DNA from: the human T2T-CHM13v2.0 reference genome, Homo sapiens
Direction: 5' to 3' (one strand)
NCBI RefSeq assembly: GCF_009914755.1
Contig: NC_060930.1
DNA: 64,000 nt
The notes under the pieces are model-generated. The model saw only the letters and a program-made list of their open reading frames with translations. It was not told the origin of the DNA and ran no database searches. Each line of letters opens with the position of its first letter. The first letter of the stretch is position 1. Shown piece by piece: positions 52,891-64,000 of this stretch. The translations under genes and the position numbers were made by a program.

Positions 52891-55047
52891 TGATCCACCT
52901 GCCTCGGCCTCCCAAAGTGCTGGGATTACCGGCGTGAGCCACCGCCCCCGGCTCCAGGCACTATTTTGAGTATATATTTATTCATTTAATCCTCAAAGCA
53001 CCCGCATGAAGTAGTAGCATTGTTATTCCCATTTCATGGATGAGGAAGTAAAGGCATTGAATGGTGGAGGCAGAATTCAAACCCAGAGCCCATGTGGTGA
53101 CCATGATGCTCCCCTACTCCACGAGAATAAGAAAGTAGCCAAAAGTCCAGTCAACCAGGGAACAAGGGCACGTCTGGAGAGTGGTGAATACTGGGCAGGG
53201 GGAGTGGGGAGCTGGTGGTTTTGGAAGATTAATCTGGAAATGTGTGGAGTTGATGGGAGGACAGGTAGCTGGAGGGATATGGGGCCTCACTCGGGAGGAG
53301 AAAAAGAGTGAAGACAGAGAAGAATCAGTATAGGGCTTGGAACATTTCTCAGGTCATATCTTAACAGGAATTAGTGAACTTGGCAGAAATCATTTCCTCC
53401 CTGGTCAAAGTGGACTGATTACCAGTTCACCATGGGTTAGGCTTTTTGTTTTTATTCACTGAAATTCATGAGGAGTGAGAGGGCCTTTCTGGGGCTCACA
53501 GGCTCAGCCAGATGATGTGATGATGCTTTGCATAGTGCTCAGGCCTTCTGTCCAGATTCCCTCAGCCGATCCCCAAACTTGGTGTTTAGATGAGTTGTAC
53601 ACCCACTCCCATCCGCCACTCTAACCCACACCTGTCCCCTCTTCCCTTCTCTTCATGGCAGGGCCCTTCACATTTCTTTTTTCTTTGAGATGGAGTCTCA
53701 CTCTGTCACCCAGGCTGGAGCGCAGTGGTACAATCTCGGTTCACTGCAACCTCCGCCTCCTGGTTTCAAGTGATTCTCCTGCCTCAGCCTCCCAAGTGGC
53801 TGGGATTACAGGTGCACCACCACACCTGGCTAATTTTGTATTTTTGGTGGACACAGGGTTTCATCACGTTGGCCAGGCTGGTCTCGAACTCCTGACCTCA
53901 AGTGATCTGCCTGCCTTGGCTTCCGAAGGTGCTGGGATTACAGGCGTGAGCCACTGTGCCTGGCCCACATTTCTTTTTGAGAAATTCCGACACCAGCCCC
54001 TTGGTGGCCAGTCTGCAGACCCCTTGCATGGCCAGAGCCACACTTTTACACAGGTGACACCACTGCTCTTGTCTCCCTGTCTGCCCATCACTGCCACACC
54101 TGATCCAGACTCCCACAAGCACAAGCCAGACCTCTGTTCCAGCCTCTTCCAGTTTTCCTCCATGTTTCCTGAATGGATATAGGATCTCACCGTGCCTTAG
54201 GTAAGAGTAGCCAACTTTATTTTTTGGCTGCTGTCAGTTCAGCCTCTTAGAGTGCCCCTCCCCACACCTTCACACATACCATTGGGCACATGGCTTTGCC
54301 AAGCCTCCTTTTCACTGTGCACTGCCTTGGGGGGAAAGGCCTTGTCCCCTGGAAGCCCAGAAGGGCCTGGACCCTCAGGCACCTTGTGACCCTACCCACC
54401 AGGGTCCATTCTTCCCCAGAGTACCCCCTGCCCTACCCTCTCCCTCCCACCCTAGCTCTGCTCTGTCCCTCAAAATTCAACTCCAACTTCAGGCACATAC
54501 CTCCCTCCGGGCCAAGGCAGGGACAAGGGGTTAGGTGCTCCCATGAGCTGGGAACGATGTCAAGAGCTGATTTCAAGATTGCTCTTCAAGAACTTCCTCA
54601 GCCTGGCTGACATAGGCCTTGAGGGCTGGGAATTCCCACCTGGGAATCTTTCCAATATTCTGCCAGCTGTTTCTTCTCTTTCAGTGGTTTTATTATTTTT
54701 TTCTTTCTGTTCCACCGCCTCCTTTCGCTTTCAGTATGGGAGCTCAGGCAGAATGGTGGAGGAGGGTGGGGACCTGGCATTTGCTGAGTTAGGAGCTGTG
54801 GCCAAGGCCAGCTATGCCAAGGGAGAGGACAGGATACAGGAGGAAACAGGGCTGGGCACAGTGGCTCATGCCTGTAATCTCAGCACTTTGGGAGGCCGAG
54901 GCGGGTGGATCACCTGAGGTCGGGAGTTTGAGACCAGCCTGACCAACATGGAGAAACCCCGTCTCTACTAAAAGTACAAAATTAGGCCGGGCATGGTGGC
55001 TCACGCCTGTAATCCCAGCACTTTGGGAGGCCAAGGCGGGCAGATCA

Positions 55048-55447
<400 letters not shown>

Positions 55448-55455
55448 TCATCTCA

Positions 55456-55752
<297 letters not shown>

Positions 55753-55761
55753 TCATTCAGC

Positions 55762-55899
55762 TCTGGGCATAAGGCCTTATTTCCAGAAGGGCCCTGTCAA
55801 AAATACACATCTATTACTCGGGAGGGTGAATTCTGGGCATAAGGCCTTGTTTCCAGAAAGGCCCTGTCAAAAATACACATCTATTACTTGGGAGGGTGA
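55762..55899. repeat. Tandem duplication, 70-bp period, 2 copies
   Basis: tctgggcataaggcctt(a/g)tttccagaa(g/a)ggccctgtcaaaaatacacatctattact(c/t)gggagggtga twice. Confidence 0.95.
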
Positions 55900-56789
55900 C
55901 ACATTAACCCAGTAACTCCAATTCACATATCAGATGCGCTATCTGTTGCCTACGAGCAGAGACCAAAGAGAAGGGCACAGGGAACAGCTACATTTCGAGG
56001 GAGCGTGTGGAAAGGGTTGGGGGCGTGGAGTACTTGCTTGGAGTGGTACCACAGAGCTCTGAGCGGCTAGAGGACAGTGAGGAGGTAACAGACACCTGGG
56101 GATTTGGGCCAAAAGTATGAACCCCTGCCTAGGAAGCCTTTTTTTTCACTGCATCATAAGGCTCCAAGAGGGAGTAGGGTCTCTTGGTGAGATCATCTCC
56201 TTGGTGTGATATTGGCACCATAGCACCTGACCATGACACTGGGTCTCCAAGGTGGGTGAGTCCCTTGGACAACTTCCTGGTGAGACAGCCACTGGTCTCC
56301 AGCATCAGATAAAGATTGAATTCAGCCACATATAACAGAAAAGGCAAGTCAGTCACTTAAACCAGAGAAAGTTTGATTTTTCTTTTACATAAAATAATTA
56401 TGGAGGCAGACAAAACTAAGACTTATGCCAGGGTGTGGTGGCTCACACCTGTAATCCTGGCATTTGGGGAGGCCAAGGAGGGAGGATCGCTTGAGCCCAG
56501 GAGTTTGAGACCAGTCTGGGCAACAAAGCGACACCCATATCTACAAAAAGTAAAAACAAAAAATTAGCTAAGGCCTGGTCACATGCACTTGTAATCCCAG
56601 CTACTCCAGAGGCGGAGGTGGGAGGAAGTCTTAAGCCCACGAGGTCAAGGCTCCGGTGAGTGGAGATCCCGCCACAGCACTCCGGCCTGGGCAACAGAGC
56701 AAGACCTTGTCTCAAAAAACAAAACAAGTCAAACTCAGTGGCTCACGCCTGTAATCCTAGTACTTTGGGACGCCGAGGCAGGTGGATCA

Positions 56790-57088
<299 letters not shown>

Positions 57089-57094
57089 TCACCT

Positions 57095-57282
57095 TTTTGA
57101 CTCCACTTCCAGGCATTTTTTGCAAGCAGGTGGCTGGCTCCGGGTGGAGCTTGATAAATGCACCTTCCCTGGGCTTCCTTTCCTCCCAGTCTTACTTCCC
57201 CACATTACCACTTGTGCTTCCTGGGCTTACCTCCAAAATCCTTGTCTTGGGGTCAGCCTCTGGAGGATCCCAAACCAAGATG
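57095..57282 (+). mobile_element. LTR16-like ERVL LTR fragment
   Basis: End aaatccttgtcttggggtcagcctctggaggatcccaaaccaaga. Confidence 0.55.
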
Positions 57283-57295
57283 CTTATATTATTGA

Positions 57296-57601
<306 letters not shown>

Positions 57602-58462
57602 TAATTTTTTAATTTTTAGTAGAGACCGGGTTTCACCATGTTGGCCAGGCTGGTCTCGAACTCCTGACCTCAGGTGATCTGCCTGCCTCGGCCTCCCAAA
57701 GTGTTGGGATTACAGGCGTGAGCCGCCGTGCCCGGCAGACTGATCATTTTGTGATATCTCCTTAGAGCAGATTCCTAGACCTGGATCCCTGGGTCATAGC
57801 ATGCACATTTCCAGGCTTTTGACCTGTTCTGCCAAACTGCCCCTGAATTAAGTCAAACCCACTTGTCCCCCTGTCCCCACTGGCAGTGTGGGGGCCCCTC
57901 ACTTCTCATGTCCTTACAGCCAAGGGCTCTCAGCTCTTTCCAACTCAGGCCCTGTGAGGACATTCCTCTGGAATACCTCTTTTAAAAAATACAGAGCATT
58001 AATATTAACTAGCTGTATACTAGCAGACGTGCAATATGTGTCTGCAAGTTGAACTGAAAGGGTGTGAAACCAAGTGGACGAGCTCCTGACCTGAGAAGAA
58101 CAGTTGTCTCCTTGCTGCCCTCCTGGCTTGGCTGGGGGGTGCAGCTACTGCCCATCTTCCCTCCCTGGAGCCAGGTGGACGGAGGGGCATGGGTGGGCAG
58201 ATGGAAAGGGAGATGAAGGGTCGCAGGGATGGCAACTGTGTGGTGCGGGCCTGTGGAGGGAATCTTTGATTGGACAGCTTTGATCCCTTCCGCCACATTC
58301 CCTTTCCTGGCAGAAATACGGCTGGGGTGGGGGGTGGGCTGGGAGTGTGACAACGCCCCCATCTCTTCCCCTTAGATGTCTGAAGAGCCAACCTGCCACT
58401 CCTGCATTCCAGGCATGTCAAGTTGGCATTCCAAATGCTAGGGGTGGCAGGGAGGCATGTGA

Positions 58463-61830
<3,368 letters not shown>

Positions 61831-62039
61831 GTTTCTAGGGTAGCGGCATGTCGGGGCAGTTGGGTTTCCGGTTAATTCCTCCCTGTTCTTAGGGTCTATC
61901 CCTCTTCACCTGCAGGCTCACACTCCCCTCTCAGTATTCTTTTTTCCAGGAACAACCCCATACTTTGCTGGCTCAATCAATAATGTGCTTTGCTGAACAC
62001 CTATTAGGCTGCACCCGCCCTGGGGTCTGGGTGCCACAG

Positions 62040-62255
62040 ATATAGATATGGTAACAGCATCCACATTCATTGGCAAACGTAGTGCCCGACCCTGCTCTAA
62101 GCATGTCATATGCATTAATACATTAACTATTACCCTCATTTTACAGATGGGGAGCCTGAGGCACAGAGACGTTTAGCAGCTTGCCCAAGGCTATTCTTTA
62201 GCTAGTAATTGGCAGAGCCTGACTATGAACCCAGGCAGAGTGGCTCCACGACCTA
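62040..62255 (-). mobile_element. MIR SINE
   Basis: ctcattttacagatggggagcctgaggcacagaga..cttgcccaagg..tgaacccaggcag. Confidence 0.8.
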
Positions 62256-62401
62256 CATTCTTCATGAAGCCCCCTCACTGCCTCAAGTCCTGGAAAGGCA
62301 GAACTGTACACAGCTGACCACAGCACAGGGTGGAGAATGCCACCGGGAATGGGTGGGAGGCCTCACAGAAGTGGTAGTTCATTCATGCATTCATTCAATA
62401 A

Positions 62402-63060
<659 letters not shown>

Positions 63061-64000
63061 TCGGGGTCATGGTAAGTGTGAGGACTGCTAGTCCTGCTCC
63101 TGAACTCTGGCCAGCCCTCCCTGGCATGCAGCCCACCCATCAAGACTCCCACCACTCCGGTTTGGAGCCGTCTAGCCAGCCCTTCCTGCATCATGCTGGA
63201 GGCCAGCCATCACCTTCTAATTGGGTCCCAGCCTCCCACAGCTCCAAGGAACAGGGCGGGCTCAGGGGACTCTTGAGGGAGGCCTGAAAAAGCCCCAAAG
63301 CTGAAAGCTGCTCTGGGGACCAATGGGGGCAGTCCTGTGGGAGAGAAAGTGGGGTAAGTTCCCAGTGAGTCTTTGGAGAGTAACTGAGTGCACCATGTAA
63401 ATGAAGCCTCGAGGGAGAGGGGGGCTTGAATAGTCACCCCACCCCACCACGAGGGCTCTGACTAGGAGACTTGCAGTACTGAAGCCACACGAATTAACTC
63501 CCACTCCTTGACTGCTTGGGAGGGCAATGATGAACGCAGGCCAAGGACGAGGCTGGAGAAGAACATTGCTGTTTGGGGCAGCTTCTCAGCCTGACCCTTT
63601 CAGGAGGCCGCTGGGCGTTTGGAGAATGAGGTTCTGAGGAGTCTCACCGTGTCTTTGTGTGGGATCCAGAGAGCTTTTGGGATCAGTGGACAAGATAGTA
63701 GACTCCTAATGGCTCAAAGAGGGGAGAGGCAGAGAGCAGAAGGAAGAAAGGGAACCGCCTCTTCATTGGTTCCCCATGCCTCCTCTCTGCCCTGTTTACA
63801 GAAAACAAAGTGCCTTTGGTTGACTCTGGACCGATTCCCCCAAAGCAATTAGAGCAACCACTGTCAGTGCTCCAGGAAGAACAGCTTCCCCCTCCCCCAT
63901 CACGCCCCCTCCCTCCAGGCAGCAGCTGAAGGCCCAACTGGGGGCCCCATGTTGTGTCTGTTGGGATCTGCATGCCTGGCCTGTCCCCAAGCCCCCTCCT

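Overview
Alu-dense primate genomic DNA that I recognise as the human SRSF3 (SRp20) locus, 6p21. The + strand carries the full gene: a CpG-island/TATA promoter near 21.0 kb, a non-coding exon 1, five coding exons joining to a 164-aa RRM+RS protein (23406-28632), the 456-nt NMD 'poison' exon (26464-26919) and a long 3' UTR with several poly(A) signals. Downstream lie an Alu-interrupted Tigger1 remnant (38.6-41.1 kb) and the MIR3925 hairpin (49080-49156, - strand). There is also a 281-bp, ~99% identical inverted repeat around a 627-bp spacer (50402-51590). Almost all other listed ORFs are Alu artefacts. I cannot demonstrate a wholly new system. The best leads are: the near-perfect inverted repeat; the apparent origin of MIR3925 as a fold-back copy of the neighbouring Tigger1; and extra splice-control features around the poison exon (a CAG|GTGAGT site or 43-nt micro-exon, a junction-built stop codon, and a cryptic acceptor in intron 4). 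Repeat-family names come from memory of consensus sequences and their boundaries are approximate.
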